A stretch of DNA of 64,000 nt. Origin: an uncultured delta proteobacterium (GTDB lineage: Bacteria; Myxococcota_A; Polyangia; Polyangiales; Polyangiaceae). Within the stretch, counting starts at the first letter, position 1. Each line of letters opens with the position of its first letter. The position numbers and the translations under genes are program-made. The stretch is from the NCBI GenBank assembly GCA_963782055.1, contig CAWAIF010000003.1, positions 1,952,001 through 2,016,000 of the forward strand, given 5' to 3'. Shown piece by piece: positions 48,447 through 58,275 of the stretch. The notes under the pieces were generated by a model. It was given only the letters and a program-made list of their open reading frames with translations. It had not been told where the DNA came from and did not search any database.

Positions 48447-50528
48447 GTGAAAGTCACCAGTAGCGTGCTCGTCGTGGCGTTCTTGGCCGCGTTCGGAGCG
48501 GCGGTCGCCTGCGGCGACAGCGGGAACGGTTTCATTCCTGACGGCGGGGATCTGGACGCCACCGCGGGCGACGCCAGCGACGACTCGCCGGGCTTCAACA
48601 ACCAGCCCGACGCCTCGGCGGGCCTGGTGGTCCAGCCGCCCACGGCGACGCTCGTCTACAACGGCTCTCCCGTCACGCAGCAGTTCACCGCGCTGTCGAA
48701 CAACCAGCCGCTCGCCGGCGTGCAGTGGTCGATCGACAACTTCGCGCTGGGCACCATCGACTCCAGCGGCCTGTTCACGGCCTCCGGCACCGTGGGCGGC
48801 ACCGGTCACGTCACCGCGGTCAAGGGCAACGCCAGCGGGTCCGCGACGATCCTGGTGCAGGTGCAGCTCTCGGCGAACCCGGGCAACGTCCCGAGCGGCG
48901 TCATCAGCCAGCTCAAGGGCGGCGGCAGCGCCGACTCGGCCTTCAAGTGGCTCTACCCCTACGACAAGACCCTCTGGCCGCGCGGGCTCACCGGCCCGCT
49001 CCTGCAGTTCGGCGGCTCGGCGATGCAGTACGCGTGGCTGCACGTGGAGACAGCCTCGAAGTCCATCGTCTACGACGGCTACTACGGCGCGGCCAGCCCG
49101 GCGCGGCTGGATCTCTCGAGCGACCCGATCTGGACGACCATCGGCAACTCCGCCGGGCCGAACGACGCGGTCAGCGTCAGCGTCACCAAGATGTCCGGCG
49201 GCCAGGTGACCGGGCCGATCAAGGAGACGTGGACCTTCGCGCAGGGCTCGCTCAAGGGCACCGTCTACTACAACTCGTACGACTCCAAGCTGGGCAACGG
49301 CTACGGCGCGGTGCTCAAGTTCAAGCCCGGCAACGGCAACACCGCGCAGCTCCTGGTGGGCGGCACGAGCAGCAAGTGCACGGTGTGCCACACGGTCAGC
49401 TCCAACGGCAACGTGATGATCGCCGCGAACAGCACGTACGACACCGGCGCCCGTTACGACCTGCAGAACAACGCCGCCCAGAGCCAGGGCCGCAACGACT
49501 ACGTCTACAACTTCCCGGCGCTCAACCCGGACGGCAGCGTCGTCGTCTCCACCACCAGCGACAAGATCGGCGGCATGTGGTCGTCGGCCGCGTCCCACGT
49601 CTACGACGGCTCGGGCGCGCAGATGAACGGCACCGGCTTCGAGTCGCTCGTCTCCTACGCGGCCATGCCGGCGTTCTCGGCCGACGGCAAGCTGCTCGCC
49701 TTCAACAACGAGCACCAGCCCGCGATGAACGGCGCCAGCCCCAACAACGAGATCGACGTCCTCTCCTTCGACCCCAACGCGAAGAAGTTCTCCAACCTGG
49801 TGAAGCTGGTGAGCGACGCCAACGCGAGCAACCTGCTCGGCTGGCCCTCCTTCACGCCCGACGGCAAGCTCGTCGTCTACGACCACCACCAGGGCACCAA
49901 CTCGGAGGGCACCAACTACGGCACCTGGGGCGCGCAGCGCTCGGTGCTGGAGATGGTCGACGTCTCCTCGAAGACCGTCTACCCGATCAACGCTCTCAAC
50001 GGCCTGGATGGCAGCAACCAGCCGTACCTCCCCTTCGGCGCGGACGACGAGAACCGCAACTTCGAGCCGAACGTGCTGCCGCTCGCGGCGGGCGGGTACT
50101 TCTGGGTCGTGTTCACCAGCCGCCGCCAGTACGGCAACACCATCAACTCGGCGGAGACGGGCGCGTACGGCCAGGACATCCGCAAGAAGCTCTGGGTCGC
50201 GGCGATCGACATCAACCCGACGCCTGGCACCGACCCGAGCCACGCGGCCTTCTACCTGCCGGGCCAGGAGGTCACCGCGGGCAACATGCGCGGCTTCTGG
50301 GTGCTCGACCCGTGCAAGCAGAACGGCAACTCGTGCGAGTCCGGCGACGAGTGCTGCGGCGGCTTCTGCCGTCAGGTCGCGGGGCCGGATGGCGGCGTCG
50401 AGAACGTGTGCGTGCCGCCGCCCAACGGCTGCTCGCACGAGTTCGAGAAGTGCACCACCGCGGCCGACTGCTGCGACCCGGGTGATCAGTGCATCAACGG
50501 CTTCTGCGCCATCCCCCCGCCGAAGTGA
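48447..50528 (+). CDS. Lipoprotein with Ig-like domain, TolB/PD40-like propeller and Cys-rich C-terminus
   Basis: SD AGGAGG plus GTG; lipobox AAVAC; PAFSADGK, PSFTPDGK, WVVFTSRRQYGN, KKLWVAAID; C-terminal C..CC..C repeats. Confidence 0.85.
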   Translation: MKVTSSVLVVAFLAAFGAAVACGDSGNGFIPDGGDLDATAGDASDDSPGFNNQPDASAGLVVQPPTATLVYNGSPVTQQFTALSNNQPLAGVQWSIDNFALGTIDSSGLFTASGTVGGTGHVTAVKGNASGSATILVQVQLSANPGNVPSGVISQLKGGGSADSAFKWLYPYDKTLWPRGLTGPLLQFGGSAMQYAWLHVETASKSIVYDGYYGAASPARLDLSSDPIWTTIGNSAGPNDAVSVSVTKMSGGQVTGPIKETWTFAQGSLKGTVYYNSYDSKLGNGYGAVLKFKPGNGNTAQLLVGGTSSKCTVCHTVSSNGNVMIAANSTYDTGARYDLQNNAAQSQGRNDYVYNFPALNPDGSVVVSTTSDKIGGMWSSAASHVYDGSGAQMNGTGFESLVSYAAMPAFSADGKLLAFNNEHQPAMNGASPNNEIDVLSFDPNAKKFSNLVKLVSDANASNLLGWPSFTPDGKLVVYDHHQGTNSEGTNYGTWGAQRSVLEMVDVSSKTVYPINALNGLDGSNQPYLPFGADDENRNFEPNVLPLAAGGYFWVVFTSRRQYGNTINSAETGAYGQDIRKKLWVAAIDINPTPGTDPSHAAFYLPGQEVTAGNMRGFWVLDPCKQNGNSCESGDECCGGFCRQVAGPDGGVENVCVPPPNGCSHEFEKCTTAADCCDPGDQCINGFCAIPPPK

Positions 50529-50591
50529 CGGGGACCCCCTCTCTGGCACACGCTGGCACGCGCCATCCCCCAGCAAGCCCGCACTTCGCGC

Positions 50592-50607
50592 TGGCACGTA
50601 GCCTGCT
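50592..50607 (+). promoter_or_regulatory. Sigma54 (-24/-12) promoter candidate directly upstream of intron copy 2 and its host ATG
   Basis: TGGCACG-TAGC-CTGCT with GG at 50593-50594 and GC at 50605-50606; predicted +1 near 50618, ATG at 50621. Confidence 0.65.
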
Positions 50608-50623
50608 AACGGTCGTGCCCATG

Positions 50624-52660
50624 GTGCGCCGTGAAGAAGCAGGTCGTCCGTCGGGCATGCCCGACGAACGACCTGCCTCAAGCTGCGCTTCTCCAGCGGG
50701 TGAGAGTCCCGCACCGGTAAGCGTCGGAGCGCCGGGTAGCAGGCCCCAGCCGAGCGGGAGAGATCCCGTCGGCCGAGCGGGGCGTCGAAAGGGTCCACGG
50801 ACCGAGCGAGCACGCGGGCCGCAACATGAAGTGAAGCTTGCAGCCTCGTCAGATCTACAAACCGGGAGCCGAGCCGATCATGTCGCGGCGAAGGCAATAT
50901 CGGCGGCGCCAGATCCGAAACGCGCCGTCGGTCCCGGCGGGGTAGGGAGCGCAGCACGCGTGCAAGGAGGAGTGCGGAACTCGGGAGGCCCGTCTGCGTC
51001 GCCCTCGTCGGGGCAAGGCGCGTCGTATAAGCCAGAGGCGAAGTCGGCCGCTGCGCAGCGGGAGTCCGAGGGGGTCACTGTACCGAAGAGCGAGGCGCGA
51101 GCTTCGCGAACGAACGCCGTGAAGAACAACGCGGCAGGAGGGAAAGACCCCTGCAGTGGTCGTGTCGGCGGAGCAGGTAAGCGCGAGGGCATGGCCGGCG
51201 AGACCGGTCCCAACCACCCCCATCGGCGACAGCCCATGGACAAAGTGCGACAACTGCAACGCCGGCTGTGTGCCGCGGCCAAGCGGCATCCGGAGCGCCG
51301 ATTCCACGCGCTGTATGACCGCATCGCGAGGCGTGACGTCCTCGCGGAAGCGTGGAAGCGGGTAAGGAGGAACAAGGGAGCCGCGGGCGTCGATGCCCAG
51401 ACGATCGCGGCGCTCGAGGTGTACGGAGTGGATCGACTCCTCGGAGAGATCCATGACGTGCTCCGTGCAGGCAGGTACCGGCCGGCAGCGGTGCTGCGCC
51501 GGTACATCCCGAAGGCCGATGGGAAGAAGCGGCCGCTTGGGATCCCGACGGTCCGAGACCGGGTGGTGCAGATGGCGACGAAGCTCGTGCTGGAGCCGAT
51601 CTTCGAGGCGAGCTTTCGCTCGTGCTCGTACGGCTTCCGTATCGGGCGGAGCGCGACGGACGCCCTGGAGACGCTGAGGAAGCTCGGCGCGAAGGGGTAC
51701 AACCACGTGCTCGACGCCGACATCCGTGACTACTTCGGGAGCATCGATCACGACAAGCTGATGAAGCTCGTCGAGCGGCGCATCTCGGACCGGAGGGTGC
51801 TCAAGCTGCTGCGGCAGTGGCTCACGGCGGGGGTGATGGACGAAGGCACGGTGACCAACCCCTCCAGCGGCACGCCGCAGGGCGGGGTGATCTCGCCGCT
51901 GCTCTCGAACATCTACCTCGCCGTGCTCGACGACGTGTGGACGAAGCGGTGCGCGCATCTTGGCGAGCTGGTTCGTTATGCGGACGACTTCGTCGTGATG
52001 TGCAGGACGAAGCGTGACGTCGACGAGGCCGAGCTTCGCGTGAAGCACGTGATGACGCGACTCGGGCTCGAGCTGCACCCGGACAAGACGAGGAAGCTGG
52101 ACCTCTCCTGGGGTAAGAAGGGGTTCGACTTCCTCGGCTGCCACCTGCGGAAACGCTTGAGCGGGTCCATCTGGGAGAGGTCGCGCAAACGCGTGTACTT
52201 CCTCCAGCGCTGGCCATCGGCTCGCGCGATGAAGCGGATCCGGCAGCGCGTGAGGGACCTCACCCCGCGATCACGCTGCCACGCGGACCTGCGCGACGTC
52301 GTCGCGCAGCTCAACCCCGTGCTGCGTGGCTGGGGCGAGTACTTTCGCACCGGGAACGCCGACGTGAAGTTCAACCGACTCGACGAGTACGTGTACGAAC
52401 GGCTTCGAGCGCTGCGCCTGAAACGGGCCGGCTCGAAGCTCAAGGCCGGACAAGCCGAGCGCTGGACCCGCGACTACTTCGTCGAAGGCTTCGGGCTCCA
52501 CCGCCTGCGCGGGACCATCCGCTACCCGGAGGCCGCGTAATGCCGCGTCACGAGAGACCACCGGTAAGCCGTGTGCGGGAAATCCGCACGCACGGTTTGA
52601 GAGGGGGTCTTGACTCCAACCGCCGCCGTAGGGCGGCCAAGGTGTAAGGATCTACCAATG
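50624..52660 (+). mobile_element. Group II intron copy 2, direct repeat of 40870-42906 (offset 9,754)
   Basis: Same 5' GTGCG, domain V (52566-52598), domain VI and 3' CTACCAATG; ORF-track translations match copy 1. Confidence 0.95.
51236..52540 (+). CDS. ltrA: Group II intron reverse transcriptase/maturase (copy 2)
   Basis: Translation identical to copy 1 (YADD, PQG, maturase X domain). Confidence 0.97.
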   Translation: MDKVRQLQRRLCAAAKRHPERRFHALYDRIARRDVLAEAWKRVRRNKGAAGVDAQTIAALEVYGVDRLLGEIHDVLRAGRYRPAAVLRRYIPKADGKKRPLGIPTVRDRVVQMATKLVLEPIFEASFRSCSYGFRIGRSATDALETLRKLGAKGYNHVLDADIRDYFGSIDHDKLMKLVERRISDRRVLKLLRQWLTAGVMDEGTVTNPSSGTPQGGVISPLLSNIYLAVLDDVWTKRCAHLGELVRYADDFVVMCRTKRDVDEAELRVKHVMTRLGLELHPDKTRKLDLSWGKKGFDFLGCHLRKRLSGSIWERSRKRVYFLQRWPSARAMKRIRQRVRDLTPRSRCHADLRDVVAQLNPVLRGWGEYFRTGNADVKFNRLDEYVYERLRALRLKRAGSKLKAGQAERWTRDYFVEGFGLHRLRGTIRYPEAA

Positions 52661-53068
52661 CGCTCCCTTCTCCTCGCTCTCCTCTCGGCGTCCTCCCTCG
52701 CGCTCGGCGCATGCGGCGGCGTGGCCGTGGACACCTCCTCCGACGCCGGCGCGGGCGCGGACGGCGGTCACGACGCCGCGACCTCCCCCGTCACGTGTCA
52801 GGGCAAGACGTGCGGCGCGGGGGAGGTGTGCGTGGTCACCACCTCCGGCGGCGGCCCGTGCCTCCTGCCTGACGACGCGGGGGTCTGTCCCGACGGCACC
52901 CACACCACCGGCTGCTGCGACAACACGACCACCGGCTACGCGTGCAAGCCGCTCCCCGCCGCATGCAAGGGCAGCCTCGCGTGCCCGTGCGCGGACACGC
53001 TCTGCCAGTGCGGCGGCTGCCAGGTCGCCGACGCGGGCGTGCTCGCGTGCCAGTGCCTGTATCCCTGA
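52658..53068 (+). CDS. Small Cys-rich lipoprotein, host of intron copy 2; pre-insertion ATG at 50621
   Basis: MRSLLLALLSASSLALGAC lipoprotein signal begins exactly at the intron-terminal ATG; many Cys residues. Confidence 0.85.
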   Translation: MRSLLLALLSASSLALGACGGVAVDTSSDAGAGADGGHDAATSPVTCQGKTCGAGEVCVVTTSGGGPCLLPDDAGVCPDGTHTTGCCDNTTTGYACKPLPAACKGSLACPCADTLCQCGGCQVADAGVLACQCLYP

Positions 53069-53112
53069 CGCGCGCGCTTGCCCTCGCAGCGCAGCCGGTC
53101 GACCATCGGCCC

Positions 53113-53625
53113 ATGCGAACCGTCGCCCTCGCGCTCCTCGTGCTCGCCCCGGTCGCTTGCGACAAGCCCGCGCCGGCCGCCTCCGACGCCGGCGCGGTGG
53201 CGATCGCCACCTCCTCGCCGCCACCCGCGGCGTCATCCGCCCCGGCGGTCGCGTCCGCCGTCGCCTCGGCGTCGGCGGCGCCGGAGGACGCCGCGCCCCT
53301 GGAGAAGGTCGGCGCCCAGCACGTGCTCATCGCCTACAAGGGAGCGAAGAACGCGCCGCGCAACGTGACGCGTACCAAGGCGCAGGCGCGCAAGCTGGCG
53401 GAGGAGGTGCTCGCCAAGGCGCGCTCGGGGCAGGACTTCGCCGGCCTCGCCAGGACGTACTCCGACGACCCGGGCTCGAAGGACCGCCTGGGCTCCGTCG
53501 GCACCTTCAAGCGCGACGGGATGGTGAAGCCCTTCTCCGACGCCGCCTTCGCCCTCCAGGTGAACCAGATCAGCGACGTGGTGGAGACACCCTTTGGCTT
53601 CCACGTGATCAAGCGCTTCGAGTGA
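53113..53625 (+). CDS. Parvulin/PpiC-type peptidyl-prolyl isomerase lipoprotein
   Basis: AQHVLIAYKGA, RTKAQA, FAGLARTYSDD, MVKPFSDAAFAL, VETPFGFHVIKR. Confidence 0.92.
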   Translation: MRTVALALLVLAPVACDKPAPAASDAGAVAIATSSPPPAASSAPAVASAVASASAAPEDAAPLEKVGAQHVLIAYKGAKNAPRNVTRTKAQARKLAEEVLAKARSGQDFAGLARTYSDDPGSKDRLGSVGTFKRDGMVKPFSDAAFALQVNQISDVVETPFGFHVIKRFE

Positions 53626-53671
53626 TCTCCTCGTCGCCGGCCGGCGCGGTTTGGGCTACAAGCAAGCGGGC

Positions 53672-53944
53672 ATGCCCAAGAAGAACAAGAAGAGCGCCCT
53701 CGCGCAGGCCGCCAGCCGCAAGCTCGCGCGCATCGCCGGCCCGCGCATGTCGCCGCAGGAGATCGCCCACACCCTCTGGCACGCCGAGCAGCGCGGGGAG
53801 GTGCAGCGCGTGGACCTGGACGACGGCTCGTGGGGCTGGGCGGCGCCGGGCCCGGACGGCAAGGTGCAGATCCTGAAGCCCACGCCGGAGATGCTCGCCG
53901 CGGTGGACGCGCTGGACGTCGAGGGTCACCCGCACGAGCATTGA
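53672..53944 (+). CDS. Small hypothetical protein
   Basis: 90-aa ORF with plausible composition filling the gap between genes. Confidence 0.55.
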   Translation: MPKKNKKSALAQAASRKLARIAGPRMSPQEIAHTLWHAEQRGEVQRVDLDDGSWGWAAPGPDGKVQILKPTPEMLAAVDALDVEGHPHEH

Positions 53945-54073
53945 CGTCCGGGGGAGCCGCGTGAACATGGGGATGGGCCCGCGTGCTCTCGCGCGCCCGA
54001 TCTACATGCGCGGCGCAAGCCGCTGGCGCCGCCCGCTCACGTGACCGACGCACGTTCCTGCTATGGTCTGCGC

Positions 54074-54604
54074 GTGCCGGCCGACGACCGCCCGAAACCC
54101 CCCACGCGCCGCCGTGCCCTCGAGATCCTCGCGGGCGCTGGCGCCGTATGCGCGGGGGTGGCCGCCCTCGAGCCGCCGGCCGCGGAGGTGATCGCCGCCG
54201 GTCGTCGAGGCGGGGCAGGGGGCGCGCGCTGGGTGCGCACCATCAAGCTCTCCGAGCTGCACGAGGGCAAGCCGAAGCGCGTCGCCATCGTGAGCGACCA
54301 GCGCGACGCGTGGAAGGTGGAGCGCGCCGCGCAGCTCGGATCGGTGTGGCTGGTGCGCAAGGGCGACCTGGTCGTCGCGCTCTCGGTGGCGTGCCCGCAC
54401 CTCGGCTGCTCCATCGGCCTCGACCCCGGCGGCGCCTTCTTGTGTCCGTGCCACGACTCCAGCTTCGACGCCGCCGGCCACCGGAAAGGCGGGCCCTCGC
54501 CACGCGACATGGACGCGCTCGCGACGCGCGTCGCGGAGGGTTTCGTGGAGGTGGACTTCCGCCGCTACCGGCAGGGGACGCGCGAGCGTGTGGAGATCGG
54601 GTGA
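54074..54604 (+). CDS. Rieske 2Fe-2S protein (Rieske/cytochrome b complex type)
   Basis: Tat-like TRRRALE; CPHLGC and CPCHDSSF; GPSPRDMD. Confidence 0.92.
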   Translation: MPADDRPKPPTRRRALEILAGAGAVCAGVAALEPPAAEVIAAGRRGGAGGARWVRTIKLSELHEGKPKRVAIVSDQRDAWKVERAAQLGSVWLVRKGDLVVALSVACPHLGCSIGLDPGGAFLCPCHDSSFDAAGHRKGGPSPRDMDALATRVAEGFVEVDFRRYRQGTRERVEIG

Positions 54605-56352
54605 GCGAGGACGAGCGCACCGGTCTGCGTGCGCGCCTGCGCGCCTGGATGGATCACCCCCTCGCCGGGGGGCCGAGCTGGGCGTACGCGCTGGGCACCT
54701 GCTTCGCCTACCTCTTCTTGCTGGAGGCGGCGACAGGCGTCGCGCTGATGACCTCCTACGTGCCGTCCATCGAGGCGGCGTGGGCGAGCGTGTACTTCAC
54801 GAGCTACGTGATGCCGCACGGAGGCCTGGTGCGCGGCATGCACCACTTCGCCGGCGAGGGGATGCTCGCGCTGGCGGCGGCCCACGTCGCGGCGCTGGCG
54901 GTCGGCGGCGGCCACCGTCGCCCGCGCCATCTCGGCTTCGTCGCCACCGTGCTCGGCGTGGGTCTGGTCGCCGCGCAGTGCATCACCGGCGGCCTGCTCC
55001 CCTGGGACCAGAAGGGCTACTGGGCGCGCCGCGTGGAGCTGGGGATCGCCACGATGGGCCCGGGCGGCGCCGGCGTCGCGCGCATGGTCCAGGGTGGCGA
55101 CGGTCTCGGCCAGCTCGCCCTCACGCGCTTCTACGCGCTTCACGTGGTGGTGCTGCCGCTCGTCCTCTGGCTGCTCTGGCGCTTCGCGCGGGGGCAGGCG
55201 CGCGACCGCGGGGGCGCCGCCGGCGTCGCCCGGCGCTACTTCCCCGACCAGGCCCTGCGCGACCTCGGCCTGCTCGTCCTCGCGCTCGTCCTCGTGCTGG
55301 TGCTCGCCGCGCACGGCGCGCCGCTCGATGCTCCCGCCGATCCCTTCGGCGACTACCCGGCGCGCCCGGAGTGGCACCTGATGTGGCTCTACGAGCTGCG
55401 CCACCTGATGCCCGGTGCGCTGGAGTTCTGGGGGACCGCGGTCGTCCCGCTGCTGCTGCTCGGCCTCCTCGCCGCGCTCCCCTGGGTGGACCGCAAGCGC
55501 GAGGGCCGCAGCATCGCCGGGATCGCGGCCGTCGTCGTCGCGGCGCTGCTGGTGGGCTCGCTCACCTACGCGGCGATGCGTCACGACGCGCATGACGCGC
55601 GCTTCCAGGCGCAGGTGGCGCGGGCGACCAGGCGCGCCGATGTCGCGAAGCGACTCGCGGCGGGCGGCGTCCCGGTGCAGGGCCCGCTCTACATGCTCGC
55701 GCACGATCCCGAGCTGCGCGGGGAGAGCCTCTTCAAGGAGCACTGCGCCAGCTGCCACGTGCTCGGCGAGCTGGGCGACGCGAAGAAGGCGAACGCGCCG
55801 AAGCTGGACGGCTGGGGGACGGAGGCGTGGGTGCTGGGGATGCTCCACGACCCCGACGCCGACGAGCGCTTCGGCAAGACGCCCTACCGCGGCGACATGC
55901 CGTCGATGGACGTGCCGCCGTCCGATCCCGACGAGCGCGCCCGCTTCAAGCCCATGTCGACGCAGGACATGACGGCGGCCGCCGCCTTCCTCACGTCGCA
56001 GGGCGACGAGCCGGGGGAGCCGATCGACCCGCGCGCCGCGCGCCGCGACGCGGGGGTGGTGGCCGCCGGCAAGGCGATCGTCAGGGACCGCTGCACCGGC
56101 TGTCACCTCTACGGGGGCGAGGGCGACGACGAGGGCTCCGGCACCGCGCCGGAGCTCGCGGGCTACGGGTCGGTCGCGTGGACGCGCGCGCAGGTCGCCG
56201 ACCCGTCGACCAAGACCACCTACCGCGCCGTCGCCCTCGACCCGAAGCGCAAGCACCACATGCCGAGGTTCGCCGACGACCTGTCGCCTGGAGACGTCGA
56301 CCTGGTCGCGCGCTGGACGCGCGCCCACGCCCGCGGCGTGCCGCTGCGCTGA
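54601..56352 (+). CDS. Cytochrome b fused to a di-heme cytochrome c domain
   Basis: VRGMHH...AHV, TG.LLPWDQKGYWA, LTRFYALH, RPEWH; CASCH and CTGCH heme-c motifs; GTGA overlap with the Rieske gene. Confidence 0.9.
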   Translation: MSEDERTGLRARLRAWMDHPLAGGPSWAYALGTCFAYLFLLEAATGVALMTSYVPSIEAAWASVYFTSYVMPHGGLVRGMHHFAGEGMLALAAAHVAALAVGGGHRRPRHLGFVATVLGVGLVAAQCITGGLLPWDQKGYWARRVELGIATMGPGGAGVARMVQGGDGLGQLALTRFYALHVVVLPLVLWLLWRFARGQARDRGGAAGVARRYFPDQALRDLGLLVLALVLVLVLAAHGAPLDAPADPFGDYPARPEWHLMWLYELRHLMPGALEFWGTAVVPLLLLGLLAALPWVDRKREGRSIAGIAAVVVAALLVGSLTYAAMRHDAHDARFQAQVARATRRADVAKRLAAGGVPVQGPLYMLAHDPELRGESLFKEHCASCHVLGELGDAKKANAPKLDGWGTEAWVLGMLHDPDADERFGKTPYRGDMPSMDVPPSDPDERARFKPMSTQDMTAAAAFLTSQGDEPGEPIDPRAARRDAGVVAAGKAIVRDRCTGCHLYGGEGDDEGSGTAPELAGYGSVAWTRAQVADPSTKTTYRAVALDPKRKHHMPRFADDLSPGDVDLVARWTRAHARGVPLR

Positions 56353-56364
56353 CGGCGCCCCGGG

Positions 56365-57123
56365 TCACCCGCCCAGCCGGGCGATGACCTCGCCCACCGG
56401 AAGCATCCGCAGCGTGTGGTGCCTCGCGCGGCTCACCACCCGCGCGAGGTCGGAGGGCGTGACGCCGTAGGGGCTCGGTCGATCGGAGACGTCGTGGGTG
56501 AAGAAGACGACCCACCCGCCGCGGGCGGCGACGTCGTCGACGAGCTCCACCGCGCGATCCACGAATCCGCCGGACGAGAAGATCTTGTTCGCGCGCAGCA
56601 GGTGGAGGTCGGCGCGCCCGCGATGCACGCCGGGGAAGATGGATCGCAACGACTGGAAGCGCGCGCCCAGCAGCGCCTTGTGCGCCGGGCGCAGGCGCCC
56701 GTACGGGAACGCGAACTGGCGCAGCGGCACGTCGGGCAGCACGCGCGCGACCGCGTCGGCGTTGCGGTTCACGTCGTCCACGATCTGCCGGTCGGAGGCG
56801 AGGAAGCAGTCCAGGTGCGCGTGGGTGTGGCAGCCCAGCTCCTGCGCCTCCCGCGCGAGGGCGACGAGGTCGTCGGCGGAGAAGCCCTCGCCCTCCGCCG
56901 GACTGGCGGTGAGCTTGCTCATGGCTGCGTAGAACGTCCCGCGCGCGCCGTAGTCGGCGAGCACTCGCGCCCCGCGCGTCCGGGCGGAGCGCGGGAAGTC
57001 GTCGAAGGTGAAGGAGACGAAGGCGGCCTCCGGCGGGACCGCGACGTAGCGCGCCCCGACGCGCGTCGCCGCCACCGCGCGGGTGCCGCGGTAGATGGCG
57101 CTGTCGACGACCCGCTGCATCAT
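56365..57123 (-). CDS. Polysaccharide deacetylase family protein
   Basis: VSFTFDDFP, GTFY, ELGCHTHAH, FAFPYG, FFTHDV. Confidence 0.9.
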   Translation of the reverse strand: MMQRVVDSAIYRGTRAVAATRVGARYVAVPPEAAFVSFTFDDFPRSARTRGARVLADYGARGTFYAAMSKLTASPAEGEGFSADDLVALAREAQELGCHTHAHLDCFLASDRQIVDDVNRNADAVARVLPDVPLRQFAFPYGRLRPAHKALLGARFQSLRSIFPGVHRGRADLHLLRANKIFSSGGFVDRAVELVDDVAARGGWVVFFTHDVSDRPSPYGVTPSDLARVVSRARHHTLRMLPVGEVIARLGG

Positions 57124-58091
57124 GTTCGCGCTCGCTCGGAGGCCGTCGGGTAGCGCCGCACACGGAAGGGGGGCATCCACAGGACCTTGCCCGCCCCGCC
57201 GACCGCCTCGCAGAGGAACCGTGGCGCCGCGGCAGAACGTACCGCGCTCGCCGCCACCGCGAGCGCGCCGTACACCGCGGCCTGCGCGGCGCCGATCGCC
57301 ATCCAGGTCGCGGCCTTCAGCGGCTCCGCCGGCGGGGTGACGCACGTCGCGGTGCGCACCTGCCCGCTGCTGAAGCGGCGCTTGAGCGTGTATCGAAGCG
57401 TCGTGCGCTCCGCGGGGACCAGCTCGGTCACGCGCGCCTCGGGCGCCCACCACAGCGGCCAGCCCTCCGCGACCAGTCGCTTGATGAAGGCGGAGTCCTC
57501 CCCGCCGCTGAGCCCGAGATCCGGATCGAACGGTCGCGGCCCGAGCGCGCGCTTGGTGAAGAGCGCGTTGCCGGTGCCGAAGGCGGCGAGCTGCGCGCGT
57601 CGCGCGGGACCGGAGCGCCGCCGGAAGAGGCGCGTGAACGGCCTGAGGTAGAGTGGGTCGACCTGAGCCGCGTCCGCGGCCGCCGCCACCACCGCGCCGA
57701 AGACACCGCCCGCGCGGCTCGCCTTCTGGGCGCGAACCAGCGCGGCGAGCCAGTCGCGGTCCGCCTCGTTGTCGTCGTCGAGAAAGGCCACGAGCGGCGC
57801 GTGCGCGGCCGATACCCCGGCGTTGCGCGCCGCGGCGACGCCCGGCCGCGGTTCCTGCACGTAGCGCACCGGGAAGGGGGCGGTCACGCTCGCGGCGCGC
57901 ACGACCTCCCGCGCGGACCCGTCCGGACAGTTGTCCACGACGACCAGCTCGGTGGATAGCTGGCGCGTCTGCCCCACGCAGCTCTCGATCGCGCGCGCCA
58001 GCGAGTCCGGCCTGCGGAAGGTGGGGATCACGACGCTCACCCCCGGTGTCGCCGCGGTCGCCGTGCCTTCCCCTGCCGCGTCCAGTTCCAT
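57120..58091 (-). CDS. Glycosyltransferase family 2
   Basis: VSVVIPTFRR, VVVDN, ARNAG, AFLDDD, GGED. Confidence 0.92.
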   Translation of the reverse strand: MELDAAGEGTATAATPGVSVVIPTFRRPDSLARAIESCVGQTRQLSTELVVVDNCPDGSAREVVRAASVTAPFPVRYVQEPRPGVAAARNAGVSAAHAPLVAFLDDDNEADRDWLAALVRAQKASRAGGVFGAVVAAAADAAQVDPLYLRPFTRLFRRRSGPARRAQLAAFGTGNALFTKRALGPRPFDPDLGLSGGEDSAFIKRLVAEGWPLWWAPEARVTELVPAERTTLRYTLKRRFSSGQVRTATCVTPPAEPLKAATWMAIGAAQAAVYGALAVAASAVRSAAAPRFLCEAVGGAGKVLWMPPFRVRRYPTASERART

Positions 58092-58275
58092 CCAGGACCT
58101 CCGCACGGCGAGGTGCATCGGGCGTGCCGCGCGCACCGTCAGTCACTTGGGGTCGGTCAAGGGCGCAACTCGCGCGGGCTGAGCGCAAACGCCCCGGTCC
58201 GCGCCGCTCTCACGCACGTCTCGCCCCGACGGCTTCGGGTGGCGCTCCCCGTGCGCCGGCCTTAACCTCTGCACC

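Noticed and set aside
40870..52660. Composite transposon or IS pair carrying the 7.7-kb interval
   Set aside because: The repeats encode an RT with ribozyme domains V and VI, not a transposase, have no terminal inverted repeats, and each is explained by its own insertion at an ATG.
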